Below are positions 50,386 through 63,743 of a stretch of 64,000 bases of DNA, in pieces; the stretch's first letter is position 1; each line of letters opens with the position of its first letter. Position numbers and translations under genes: made by a program. Location: NCBI GenBank assembly GCA_038087875.1, contig CM075999.1:2234001-2298000 (forward strand), read 5' to 3'. This DNA comes from Malacoraja senta (Eukaryota). The notes under the pieces were generated by a model, which was given only the letters and a program-made list of their open reading frames with translations, ran no database searches and was not told where the DNA came from.

Positions 50386-51078
50386 CTCCCACATCCCTGT
50401 GGGTTTCCCCCCACATCCCAAAGACTTGTGGTTTTGTAGGTTAGTCGGCACGGACTCGGTGGGCCGAAGGGCCTGTTTTTCGCGCTGTATCTCTAAACTA
50501 GACTAAACTAGACGCATGTATCTCCAGACCTGTGGCAAGGTGGCTGAATCTTAACCACCCTATGAGTAGGCGTTGTGGTGTCTTGAAGGTTTACTGACTG
50601 TCATCTCCACAAGGGTAATCAAGTCTCGGCAACAGATGGCAACCTTTCAGGTTTCACTGCATCTCATGTGAGCTCTTTCTTGGTCATACTCAAAGCTGTT
50701 GGGTTGGTTCACGAGCAACTGGACTTGGCAAGCTCACACATATCGACAGGCAGGGTAGGTGATTTGCTGTCGTGTGTCTTCCTGTGACAAATCTGGCAAG
50801 CGCCTCACCGTGCAGTCATTTAATGGCCTCACCAGCAAACCCTGTCACGAGAAAAGAAAAGATGTTGGAGTCGGTGAAAATGCCGTTTCCTGAGCAGGTC
50901 TGAGCGGTAATAATCCCCTTGTTCTATTTGCAGGGTCTTTGAATGATAATGGCTGATCAGTGGGTCGGTAGCTGAGATATTCAGTCGAATAAGTGCAGTC
51001 AAATTCATTCGAGATGTGCTATTGAATTGAAAATGACTGTAAAGGCAATGTCCTGCCTAGATTCAGATTGCCATGTGG

Positions 51079-52264
<1,186 letters not shown>

Positions 52265-52694
52265 CCCTTGCCTCCTTTGTTGGAAGGACAGATGACACAT
52301 TAGACGGATGCGTTCTGATGCTCAGGCTAAAGTGCGAAACGCAGCACAAATAAAAATAATAAAATATGCGCCAGTTCTGATTTGTGACCTCGGGTAATTA
52401 ATTTTGTATTCCTGTTAATTTAATAAGACTGAGGCAGCATTTTAGTTTACACAGACCTGTCAAAACGATACAAGTGCGCTGTGTGCACGACACTAATTGT
52501 TCAGACAGCTTATGCACCGATACGTGATTATGGATCACATGGGAGAAGTTGGTCAGTGTTAGTACAAAACAGTTCATTGTCTTTCCTTCTCAACGTCAGT
52601 AAGCTTCTGTGTCACCCTTGTGCTTTCTTCAGCCACGTAACAAGAAGATGGAGCTGGCTATTTTTGTAGGATGTTTACAGCAAAGTTTAGGTCA

Positions 52695-53005
52695 GTTTAG
52701 CTTAGAGACACAGCGAGGAAACAGGCCCTTCGGCCCACCGACTCCGCGCCGACCAGCGATCCCCGCACGCTTACACTATCCTACACACACTAGGGACAAT
52801 TTTACATTTATACCAAAGCCAATTAACCTACAAACCTGCACGTCTTTGGAGTGCGGGAGGAAACCGAAGATCTCGGAGAAAACCCACGCAGGTCACGGGG
52901 AGAAAATACACAAACTCCATGCAGACAGGCACCCGTGGTCAGGATCGAACCCGAGTCTCTGGCGCTGTGAGGCAGCAACTCTACCGCTGCGCCACCTTGC
53001 CGCCC
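52695..53005 (-). mobile_element. HE1-type SINE
   Basis: Reverse consensus. Confidence 0.85.
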
Positions 53006-53724
53006 CAAGTCCAATGACGGACTTCTTCTGCACGGCACAATAATTCAGTGTCAGTGAAATCCTATTCCTCATCTCTCTCACTATTTTCCATGGAAAAAAA
53101 AATCTGGATAGGACAGGTTTGGAGGGATATGGACCAAACGCGGGTAGGTGGGACTAGTGTAGCTGGGACATGTTGGTCGGTGTGGGCAAGTTCAGCCAAA
53201 GGGCCTGTTTCCTCACTGTATCACTCTATGACTTGCAACACATGGAAGAGCCAGGGATTTCACCGTGGCAGTATCGAGCTTTAACCCGGGAAGACACAGT
53301 GAATATCTCATGAGATATTTATACCTTTATATATTGAGAGTATGATTCATTGCAGCCTGTTTTATTTAAAAACCCACAGCACAGGAAAGGTAAAGAGATG
53401 GAGAGGTTTCGGGAGAGAGTTGGAAAGCCTGGGGCCTAGCTAACTAAAGAGAGACCATTTGTGGTTGAACAAATTAAAATGACCTCTCTGTCCTGGGCCT
53501 CCTCCACTGTCAGAGTGAGGCCCAGCGCAAATTGGAGGAACAGCACCTCATATTTCGCTTGGGCAGCTTACACCCCAGCAGTATGAATATTGACTTCTCT
53601 AATGGGTGGCATGGTGGCGCAGTGGTAGAGTAACAGCGGCAGAGACCCAGGTTCGATCCTGACTACGGGTGCTGTCTGTACGGAGTTTGTACGTTCTCCC
53701 CGTGACCTCAAAATCCCCCCAAGA

Positions 53725-54130
53725 TTCAGGGGGGATCTTATAGAAACTTACAAAATTCTTAAGGGGTTGGACAGGCTAGATGTAGGAAGATTGTTCCCGA
53801 TGTTGGGGAAGTCCAGAACAAGGGGTCACAGTTTAAGGATAAAGGGGAAGTCTTTTAGGACCGAGATGAGAAAAACATTTTTCAAACAGAGAGTGGTGAA
53901 TCTCTGGAATTCTCTGCCACAGAATGTAGTTGAGGCCAGTTCATTGGCTATATTTAAGAGGGAGTTAGATGTGGCCCTTGTGGCTAAAGGGATCAGGGGG
54001 TATGGAGAGAAGGCAGGTACGGGATACTGAGTTGGATGATCAGCCATGATCATATTGAATGGCGGTGCAGGCTCGAAGGGCCGAATGGCCTACTCCTGCA
54101 CCTATTTTCTATGTTTCTATGTTTCTATGT
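53725..54130 (+). mobile_element. CR1 LINE 3' fragment inserted into an HE1-type SINE
   Basis: ORF 53767-54030 ending GYGEKAGTGY. TTCTATGT tail. The SINE sequence resumes at 54131. Confidence 0.9.
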
Positions 54131-54451
54131 CCTGCGTAGGTTTTCTCCGGGCGCTCCGGTTTCCTCGCACATTCCAAAGACGTGCAGGTTTGTAGGTTAA
54201 TTGGCTTTGGGAAAAGTGTAAATTGTCTCCAGTGTGTGGAGGATAGTGTAAGTGTGCTGGCATCACTGGTCAGCGAAGACGCGGTAGGCCGAAGGGCCTG
54301 TTTCCGTGCTGTATCTCGAGGGTGGGGGGGGGGGGTGGGAGGGGGATGGAGAGAGAGGGAGTGCCGAGTTTACATGAAGTTCGAGAAATCAAAATTCATA
54401 CCACTGGGTTGAAGGCTGCCCAAGCAGCATCACTTGATAGAAGGAATGGGT

Positions 54452-54479
54452 GACGTTTCGGGTCGAGACCCTTCTTCAG
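54452..54479 (-). ncRNA. Minimal hammerhead ribozyme motif
   Basis: Reverse complement of the intact 28-mer. Confidence 0.72.
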
Positions 54480-54844
54480 AATATTCCCTAGTATCAATGC
54501 TTCTGAACAGAATGTTCAAAAGCATTCTCTAAAGTTACTGCCAATGACACTCGGAATGAACTCGTGCTGTAATGGAGCACACTACAATACGAACACTAAC
54601 CGCATCATTTTTCTCCGGGGCTGTAAGCAATAATCTTGGCATAAATAAAACACTCGATGAAGACAAATGCGATCTGATTTGAAGCTGATTTGTGCCAGTG
54701 ATCATAACTCAATGCTGCCTGTTGTATGTGACTCATCAGACCAACACACTTGTGGAGTGGAAGTCACCCTGCATCTTTCAGTTAACTAGTCCTTTGGAGA
54801 AGTAGACGGCATTTTTATACTGCTATTTTAAAGTTTCAATTCAG

Positions 54845-55147
54845 TTTAGTTTAGTTTAGAGATACAGAGCGTAAACAGTTCCCTTCGGCCCACCGAGTCC
54901 GCACCGACCAGCGATCCCCGCACACGAACACTACCCTACACACACTATCGGGACAATTTACATTTACACCCAGCCAATTAACCTACAAACCTGCACGTCT
55001 TTGGAGTGTGGGAGGAAACCGAAGATCTCGGAGAAAACCCGCGCAGGTCACGGGGAGAAGGTACAAACTCCGTAGTCAGGATCGAACCCGGGTCTCCGGC
55101 GCTGCATTCGCTGTAAGGCAGCAACTCTACCGCTGCGCCACCGTGGC
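54845..55147 (-). mobile_element. HE1-type SINE
   Basis: Reverse consensus. Confidence 0.85.
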
Positions 55148-55174
55148 CACTCTGGAGAGAAGGAATGGGTGACC

Positions 55175-55490
55175 TTGAATATTGATTTCTATAACTTCAA
55201 GTAACCCCGGCATTCCCTCTCTCTCCATCCCTCCCCCACCCAAGTCGCACCAGCTTCTCGTTCTCACCCAACAAACAGCTAACAATGGCCTGTTTCCTTT
55301 ATCATCGTTACTTTTTTGCACCTTTCATTCATTTGTTCCGTATCTCTCTACATCACCATTTATATCCCTCATTCCCCTCTCCCCTGACTCTCAGTCTGAA
55401 GACGGGTCTCGACTCGAAACGTCACCCATTCCTTCTCTCCAGAGATGCTGCCTGTCCCGCTGAGTTACCCCAGCATTTTGTGTCTATCCA
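55175..55490 (+). mobile_element. Penelope-derived terminal region with hammerhead-like motif
   Basis: ...ATTGATTTCTATAACTTCAAGTAA UTR...CTGAAGACGGGTCTCGACTCGAAACGTC (55396-55423) plus the shared terminus. Confidence 0.75.
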
Positions 55491-56089
55491 CAGAAAGGCA
55501 TTAGTTGCTTCTGTAGATTTTTAAGGTCCATGAAATGCTGCTTTCTGCTTTCATAGGCAATTAGCATGTAATCAATACACATTATTGGTGTGTAGTTACA
55601 GACTTAATGGTATGACAGATTTAAGGTTGTTTCCTTGGCTGTTGCAATTAGAATTCATTTCAAAAGTCTGCAATACTTGAAAAACATGGATCTGCAGGCT
55701 ATGCAAAGATTTATAATCTATTTTCTATTTTAATGACTTGTTCCAGCCATTAAACGAGGGAAGTCCTGATTTAAAAGTCCCACAGTAGCTAAATGAACCA
55801 ATGGTGACAAGAGCTAGAGGGATTTCTGAGATGGAGAAACTGGATTCATTTAATAATACATTGATCACGTTTGTTCTTGCCAGTTCTTGCTGCAAACAAA
55901 CCCTCTGGCTTGAAAACTATTCCAAAAAGCAGTAACCGTAATTTTGAAATCATAGTTCATTATTGGACGCATTCACTTGTATTCCAATAACGCCTTGTTG
56001 CACCTCCATACTCAGGGACTGTTTCTTCCCGGCTGTTATCAGGCAACTGAATCTTCCTACCACAACCAGAGATCAGTGCTGAACTACTT

Positions 56090-56380
56090 TAGTTTAGTTT
56101 AGAGATACAGCGCGGAAACAGGCCCTTCGGCCCGACCGAGTCCGCGCCGACCAGCGATCGCCGCGCATTAACACTATCCTACACACACTAGGGACAATTT
56201 ACACATACACCAAGCCAATTAACCGACAAACCTGTACGTCTTTGGAGTGTGGGAGGAAACCGAAGATCTCGGAGAAAACCCACGCGGTCACGGGGAGAAC
56301 GTACAAACTTCTGTAGTCGGGATTGAACCCGGGACTCCAGCGCTGTAAGGCAGCAACTCTACCGCTGCGCCATCGTGCCA
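56090..56380 (-). mobile_element. HE1-type SINE nested in a Rex1-like 3' end
   Basis: Reverse consensus. Rex-like sequence lies on both sides. Confidence 0.82.
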
Positions 56381-57744
56381 CCCACTAATCTATCTACCTC
56401 ATTGGTGACCCTCGGACTATCCTTGATCGGACTTTGCTGGCTTTACCTCGCACTGAACGTCATTCCTCCGTCATGTATCTGTACACTGTAAATGGCTCGA
56501 TTGTAATCTTGTCTTTCTGCTGACTGGAGAGCACGTAAGAAAAGCTTTCCGCTGGACCTCGGTACACGTGACAATAAACTAAATGGAGCTGAACATGTAC
56601 TGAGGTACAGTAAAAAGCTTTTGCTTATCGACACAAAATGCTGGAGTAACTCAGCGGGTCAGGCAGCATCTCTGGAGGAAAGGAATAGGTGACGTTTTGA
56701 GACGAGACTCACAAAAAGCTTTGTTTTGCATTTAAACAGATGAGATATACCAGCCATACAATCAGTTCAAACTCAAGTACAACAGGTAGAGCAAAGAGGA
56801 AGATCCAGAGGGCAGAATATAGTTGTCAGCATTGTAGCGCATCAGTTCCAGAGACAAAGTCCAATGTCCGCAATGGCGTAGAGGTGAATCGGACAGTACC
56901 CTGGCTTATGGAAGGACCGTTCAGAAGCCTGATAACAGAGGGGAAGAAGCTGTTCCTGAGTCTGGTGGTGAGCGCTATCAAGCTTCTGAAGGTGACTTGG
57001 TTAAAGTTTTGCTACCCAATTTATTATCCCCCTCTTTGGAAGATCTTCATAAAACCACAAGACGTTGCAGCAGAATTAGGCCATTCGGCCCATCAAGTCT
57101 ACTCCGCCATTCAATCATGGCTGATCTATCTCTCCCTCTCAACCCCATTCTCCTGCCTTCTCCCTGTAACCCCTGACACCCGGATTAATCAAGAATCTAT
57201 CGATCTCCATCTTGAAAATACCCAATGGCGGGTTCCAGCGCTGTCTGTGGCAATGAATTCCACAGATTTGCCAATCCCTGGCACGCACGTCAGGTCGGGG
57301 GGAGTTCCCCGCTACCACGGGTGCCATGTAATCCCGTGCTACCGCCTCCATGGTCGGATAGTCGGCGACTAAACCGTCTCCCCCACCTGGTTTGCCAGGT
57401 GAGGAGGGGGCTGTGGACCCACAGCAGGACCAAAAACAAGACCTGGATGAGCTCCTAGCGAGCCAACGGCCATCCACACTTCAGTAGAAGTTGCGATCAC
57501 TGTCGTACACGGCGTTGTAAGGCACCGTGCCCGTTGACGTTTTCAACGATGACGATGATGATGATGATGGCTAAAGAAATTCCTCCTCGTCTCCAATTTG
57601 CAGGTGTGTCCTTTTATTCTGTGGCTGTGGCCTCTGGTTCTGGACTCTGGTTCCTGATGGCCCTATCCAGGCCTTTCATACTCTGATTGAGGATCCTTCC
57701 AATGGTCTTCGAGCCAGCTTGGCGCCATCTACCATCCAACTTGA

Positions 57745-58065
57745 ATTTAGTTGAGTTTAGTTTAGACATACAGCGCTGAAACAGGCCCTTCGGCCCACCG
57801 AGTCTGCGCCAACCAGCGATCCACGCACACTAACACTATCCTACACACACTTGGGACAATTTACACTTATACCAAGCCAATCAACCTACAAACTTGTACG
57901 CCTTTGGAGTGCGGGAGGAACCAGGAGATCTCGGAGGAAACCCACGCAGGTCACGGGGAGAACGTACAAACTCCGTACAGACAGCGCCCGTAGTCGGGAT
58001 CGAATCTGCATCTCTGGCGCTGAAGGGGTGTCAGGCAGCAACTCTACCGCTGCGCCACCGTGCCT
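57745..58065 (-). mobile_element. HE1-type SINE
   Basis: Reverse consensus. Confidence 0.85.
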
Positions 58066-58526
58066 CCCTGAATTGCCACCATCTACGCTCTCCCATCTCT
58101 TTCCACCAAAAGGAATGGGTCAGGTTTATACCATCAGGTTTGCAATGAGTTTGGATCGTTAACAGAATGATTCCATCATAAAATATGTTCCCTGCAAAAC
58201 TCTGATAGATTTAACTTACGATAGGAATGGTAATGCATTCAAGATAGGTTGGAGAACTCGGAGCTGTTGCTTTGATCTCCTGCTCTCACTGAAATCCACG
58301 CTCATTATCCCTCCTACTCGTAACCCAGCATTGATTTTTTTCTTTTGCATTTGATTTCAGTTTTGTCTCCTGGCCTCCCTTGTGAAGAGGTGGGATCAGC
58401 TCAGATGCTGCAGACTTTGATGAGTTGTAAATATGGTGAAAAGGATGCTGGTGTGAATAGTTATACTTTGCTTGTGAAGGTGAAATTCTCTCTCAAGTGC
58501 CCGGTCAACCTTGTTAAGAAAGAAGT

Positions 58527-58554
58527 CTGAAGAAGGGTCTCGACCCGAAACGTC
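58527..58554 (+). ncRNA. Minimal hammerhead ribozyme motif
   Basis: Identical 28-nt CTGAAGAAGGGTCTCGACCCGAAACGTC in a stand-alone ~100-bp element. Confidence 0.75.
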
Positions 58555-59544
58555 ACCCACTCCTTCTCTCCAGAGATGCTGCCTGTCCCGCTGAGTTACT
58601 CCAGCATTTTGTGTCTATCCTTGTTTAGAAAGCGAGAGCTAGATAGGGCTCTTAAAAATAGCGGAGTCAGGGGATATGGGGAGAAGGCAGGAACGGGGTA
58701 CTGATTGGGGATGATCACATTGAATGGCGGTGCTGGCTCGAAGGGCCGAATGGCCTACTGCACCTATTGTCTATTGTCTATTGTCTATTGACTAAACTAA
58801 ACTAAACTGAATGATTTAAAGAGAGCAGATTTAGTCAGCTGCAAGTCTGAAGTGTAAAGACATACACATGGAAACCATATGTGTTATCATTAAAATCTCT
58901 GGTTCGAGCAAATGACTACAACAAGCCCTGTAGATGTGATGTCCTCCATTATAAAAGGCATTCGAGTTAAGTAGCTATCGCATTGATGAGTATAGAGTCA
59001 GTTTGCAGATTCTACATCTCATTATAAAATGTGAATACAAAATGTATTTCACAATTTAACGGTCTTTCCGCAAATCCTTGAGAACTGCGCTGAAAGATAA
59101 AGACCCATCTGCACAATATCGCAACCGGAAATTCAGTGACTCCAAATGGTTTGGGAACATGCTCATATAATGCCCTTGGAGGTCAAACCAAACACACTTG
59201 ATAATTAGTAGGATGGAACCGCAGATGCTGGTTTACACCGAAGGTAGACACAAAATGCCGGAGTAACTCAGCGGGACGTCTGTGGAATTCATTGCCACAG
59301 ACGGCTGTGGAGGCCAAGTCAATGGATATTTTTAAAGCGGAGATTGATAGGTTCTTGATTATTATTTGGTGTCAGGGGTTATGGGGAGAAGGCAGGAGAA
59401 TGGGGTTGAGGGGGAGAGATAGATCATAATCAAATGGCGGTGTGGACTCTATGGCCCAAATGACTCAATTCTGCTTCTGTGTCCACGAGTAAAAAATGTC
59501 GTGAATTAGGTCGTGAAAGTGGGACAGGACCTTTAATTCACAAC

Positions 59545-59922
59545 CTTTTTTGTTTTTCTTCCATAAATATTTTATTAGAAGCAATTGTACAAAGATGTAA
59601 ACGTTCGGCATCTAGAATGATACAATTATTGTACAGCTTCATTTTTAACCTTATAACCTAAATCGTGAAAAGGAAAAAAAGGAAAGCAAGAGAAAGCAAG
59701 AAAAGAAGAAAGGAAAAAGTGAAAAGATAGTAGAGAAGAATGAGAAAAAGTCCCCTAAACTACCAAAGCAGTGAAGCAGAAAGATAGAGGAATAAGAAAA
59801 AAATGGAGATATACCTTGCCCCCACCCCCCGCCTCACCCAACATAGCACCGGATTTAAATTTAAATTTGTGTTTCACCAGACTATTGTTGTAAAAATTCA
59901 GTGAAGGGAGTCCATGTCTGAA
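59545..59922 (-). mobile_element. L1/Tx1-clade LINE extreme 3' end
   Basis: Minus strand reads QTWTPFTEFLQQ* (resembles the W-x-P-F C-terminus of fish L1 ORF2), then a pyrimidine-rich UTR, AATAAA and A-tail. Near-TSD AATTCAC(A/C)ACCTTTTT at 59535 and 59921. Confidence 0.6.
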
Positions 59923-61022
59923 TTCACCACCTTTTTTACACGTGGACATTTTTCATCAGGCTAGAAAAACGCCCCGACCTACTTGATGCCACGAGTACCT
60001 ACGACTAGCATCACGGCCTGCCTACGACCTCGTGACGACCATGCTGCGAATATGAGTCAAGGGCAAACTCGCCAGAGGCCGTGAATTAGGTCGTGAGAGT
60101 GGGACAGGCCCACTCAGTACGAATGTTATGATCTAAAGACTAAGACTGCAGTGATAAACAAAGTTTAAAATGAAGACCACAGAGGGGCCACAGTTTAAGT
60201 TTGAGAATAAGGGGTGAGCCATTTAGAACGGAGACGAGGAAACACTTTTTCTCACAGAGAGTGGTGAGTCTGTGGAATTCTCTGCCACAGAGGGCGGTGG
60301 AGGCCAATTCTCTGGATGCTTTCAAGAGAGAGCTAGATAGGGCTCTTAAAGATAGTGGAGTCAGGGGATATGGGGAGAAGGCAGGAACGGGGTACTGATT
60401 GGGGATGATCAGCCACGATCACATTGAATGGCGGTGCTGGCTCGAAATGGCCTACTCCTGCACCTATTGTCTATTGATTTCACGATTTGTTGCAACGTGG
60501 TGTCATGATGATCAGCGGGCAGATTTCTAGGGCATTCCTAAAGGCCTTCTGTATTATACACACCGCTGCTAACCTCGGACTCAAAACGGAGACTAAGGAA
60601 TGGAGTGTACACGATCCTGTGTGGTAATTGTAAAATGAAACGCTTATCTTTGAGTTTCCTTGCCTGTCATTATCAAACTATTCCCTGCTTGAACACATTT
60701 GTATTATCAGCAGCGAGTTTTATGTAAAATTGGCTTTTGAATTTCACCACAATTTGCTGGTCAGGACAATGGGTTGCCATAAGAAGGAAGATATTATATG
60801 AAATTATATATTCCTGAAAGATAGCGCTTGGCTCTATTTGATATCGTTAGAACCCTATTGTGCACAGAGGACGTTTTAACAAATGGGTCGCTGCCTGATG
60901 TGAAACAAAAAAATATTTGTCAGTATTGCTGATGAGTGTGATGTGAAGCCAGCATTATCATCGCAGTCATAATAATCTTCATAGAGTCACCATACTAAAA
61001 GACCATCACATTTATAATGTAA

Positions 61023-61340
61023 AGGGCCTGTCCCACTATACGAGTTTACCCAAGAGCTCTCCCGAGTTTAATAAAAAATCAAACTCGTGGTAAGCACGTA
61101 GAATGTACGTAGCGGGTACGTCGGAGCTCGGGGACGTCTCTTAGCGGCTCGTAACGCTAACGGCAGGTACTCGGGAAACGCGGTAATCTCGGGAAGACTC
61201 GTGAAGATGTTTCAACATGTTGAAAATTGTCCACGAGAGCCCCGAGTACCTACGAGCGACCATTACCGTAAATCTCCGAGTTCGGATCAGGGGAAACTCG
61301 GGAGAACTCTTGAATTAGCTCGTACAGTGGGACAGGCCCT
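61023..61340. mobile_element. PIF/Harbinger-like MITE
   Basis: AGGGCCTGTCCCACTATACGAG...CTCGTACAGTGGGACAGGCCCT flanked by TAA/TTA. Internal sequence is the reverse of 22934-23263. Confidence 0.82.
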
Positions 61341-61419
61341 TTAGTCATCTCTAATAAAGTCACTTGTAATTTTATATGCCATGGAGAACAAATACCTTGC
61401 GCTCAAAACTGCCTCGAGA

Positions 61420-61730
61420 GCTTAGTTTAGTTCGGAGATACAGCGTGGAAACAGGACCTTCGGCCCACCGAGTCCGCACCGACCAGCGATCCCCGCACAC
61501 TAACACTATCCTACGCACACACACGGGACAATTTACAATTATACCAAGCCAGTTAACCTACAAACATGTACGTATTTGGAGTGAGGGAGGAAACCAGAGC
61601 TCCCGGAGAAAACCCACACAGGTCACGGGGAGAACGTACAAACTCCACACAGACAGCACCCGTAGTCGGGATCGAACCTGGGTCTCTGGTGCTGTGTGGC
61701 AGCAACTCTACCGCTGGGCCACCAAGTGCT
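61420..61730 (-). mobile_element. HE1-type SINE
   Basis: Reverse consensus. Confidence 0.83.
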
Positions 61731-61744
61731 GTCCATTGTAGCGC

Positions 61745-62335
61745 CCAGGTGAGACCACACCTGGAGTATTGTGTGCAGTTTTGGTCTCCTAATTTGAGGA
61801 AGGACATTCTTGCTATTGAGGGAGTGCAGCGTAGGTTTACCAGGTTAATTCCCGGGATGGCGGGACTGACATATGATGAAAGAATGGGTCGACTGGGCTT
61901 GTACTCACTAACATTTAGAAGGATGAGAGGGAATCTTATAGAAACATATAAAATTCTTAAAGGATTGGACAGGCTAGATGCAGGAAAATGTTCCCGATGT
62001 TGGGGGAGTCCAAAAGCAAGGGGTCACAGTTTAAGAATAATGGGTAGGCCATTTAGGACTGAGATGAGGAAAAATGTCTTCACCCAGAGAATTGTAAATC
62101 TGTGGAATTCTCTGCCACAGAGGGCAGTGGAGGCCAATTCACTGTATGTTTTCAAGAGAGAGTTAGATTTATCTCTTATGCCTAAAGGAATCAAGGGATA
62201 TTGGGAAAAAGCAGGAGCATTGAAACAGAATACTGATTTTGGATGATCAGCCACGATCATATTGAATGGCCGTGCTGGCTCGAAGGGCCGAATGGTCTAC
62301 TCCTGCACCTATTTTTCTATGTTTCTATGTTTCTA
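61745..62335 (+). mobile_element. CR1 LINE 3' fragment
   Basis: VRPHLEYCVQFWSPNLRKDILAIEGVQRRFTRLIPGM... plus 3' UTR and TTCTATGT tail. Confidence 0.9.
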
Positions 62336-62556
62336 TACTTGCTGAATTCATATACAACTGACTCTGACGGAGTGGGGTGGGGGGAAGATCAAAAGACCTG
62401 GCAATGGGGGGACCGCAATGATGGGGAGTGGTGGGGGGAGGAGCTGGTGCAGGATGCGAGGGTCTCGATCCGAAACAACGCCCAATCCTTCTCTCCATAG
62501 ATGCTGCCTGTCCCACTGAGTTACTCCAGCATTTTGTGTCTATCTTAGGTTTAAAC

Positions 62557-62951
62557 CAAAGATCCTATAGCGGAGCAAGATAGACCACTCCTGCTAAATG
62601 CAATGGGCTGACGTGTAGTACGCGACGGAGCGGAACGTGGGCCTTTTTTTCATCCATTCCAGTAACCCGACCCGACCCGACCCGCAGTGTAATCAACGTT
62701 GCGGGGGAACAGTTTGTGTTAATAAATTATAATTCTGAAAATGAGGAGAAGATTTTTACCAAATAACTTTTATCTTTACGAGGATGTTTCCGTAACCGGC
62801 TTCCGTCTCCGCACTAGTATCCTGTGGGATCTTTGGTGCGGAGACGAAAGCCGGTTACAGAAATGGGGCCGAAAATTACCCATGAATCTGCCCATGACCG
62901 TACTACGTCTTTTTCATCGAGTGATCTATCTTGCTCGCTATAGGATCTTTG
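62557..62951. mobile_element. Non-autonomous DNA transposon (hAT- or P-superfamily-like), ~33-bp TIRs, 8-bp TSD
   Basis: GTTTAAAC|CAAAGATCCTATAGCGGAGCAAGATAGACCACTC ... GAGTGATCTATCTTGCTCGCTATAGGATCTTTG|GTTTAAAC. Confidence 0.85.
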
Positions 62952-63087
62952 GTTTAAACCAGCATCTGCAGTTCCTTCCTACATGCTTTGTAACCTTATA
63001 GGTACCCTTTAGGTGGCAGCTGTTTGTATACCTTGGGTATGCAACACACAGAATTTCACTGTGTCTTGTCACATGCAACAATAAAGT

Positions 63088-63142
63088 ATTCATTCATTCA
63101 TTCATTCATTCATTCATTCATTCATTCATTCATTCATTCATT
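63088..63142 (+). repeat. (ATTC)13-14 microsatellite, tail of a Rex-like retroposon 3' end
   Basis: Follows GAATTTCACTGTG...CAACAATAAAGT and ends 2 nt before the CTAAC branch motif. Confidence 0.9.
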
Positions 63143-63161
63143 GCTAACCTCTCTTTCGCAG

Positions 63162-63333
63162 GTTGAGATTGAACAGTTGGACTACCATCACTACCTGCCC
63201 CTGTTCTTTGACGGCCTTTGTGAGACCATCCACCCGTACGAGTTCTTTGCCAGACAAGGTGTGCATGACATGCTGGAGCACGGTGGGCCAAAGATCCTCC
63301 CGGTCATCCCGCAACTTATCATCCCCATAAAAA
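63162..63333 (+). CDS. PACRG: Internal coding exon of Parkin coregulated gene protein (likely exon 3), 172 bp, phase 0 start / phase 1 end
   Basis: Translates [57 protein letters not shown], which I recognise as near-identical to vertebrate PACRG ([21 protein letters not shown]...[18 protein letters not shown]). Branch-like CTAAC at 63144, pyrimidine tract and CAG acceptor ending 63161, donor GTAAG at 63334. Confidence 0.96.
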
Positions 63334-63444
63334 GTAAGAAAACCAAACACTCTATCGTTTTGGAGCTTAGTTTAATTTATTTTAATTTAATTTAGTGTAT
63401 TTTAGTGCAGTTTAGTGTTGATAAGTGTTTAGTTTCATTTGCTC

Positions 63445-63743
63445 CTCATTAGAGATGCAGCACAAATACAGACCCTTCAGCCCCACTGAGTCCGCGCCGA
63501 CCAGCGATCACCCCGCACGCTAACACTATCCTACACTAGGGACAATTTGCAATTTTACCAGAGCCAATTAACCCACAAACCTGTATGTCTTTGGAATGTG
63601 GGAGGAAACCGGACCGCCCGGAAAAACCCCACGTGGTCACGGGGAGAAGGTACAAACTCCGTACAGACAACAACCCTAGTCAGGATCAAGCCCGGGTCTC
63701 TAGCGCTGTAAGGTGGCAACTCTACCGCTGCACCACCGTGCCG
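63445..63743 (-). mobile_element. HE1-type SINE in the downstream intron
   Basis: Reverse consensus. Confidence 0.83.

Noticed and set aside
56740..57372. 210-aa ORF
   Set aside because: Crosses an antisense Rex1 fragment, a CR1 UTR and another insert. No coherent homology.
61566..62246. 226-aa ORF as a novel fusion protein
   Set aside because: Chance in-frame junction of an antisense SINE and a CR1 fragment, with frameshifted segments.
63024..63395. 123-aa ORF as a stand-alone gene
   Set aside because: Only 63162-63333 is PACRG-like and splice-bounded. The flanks are intronic read-through (FIHS repeat).
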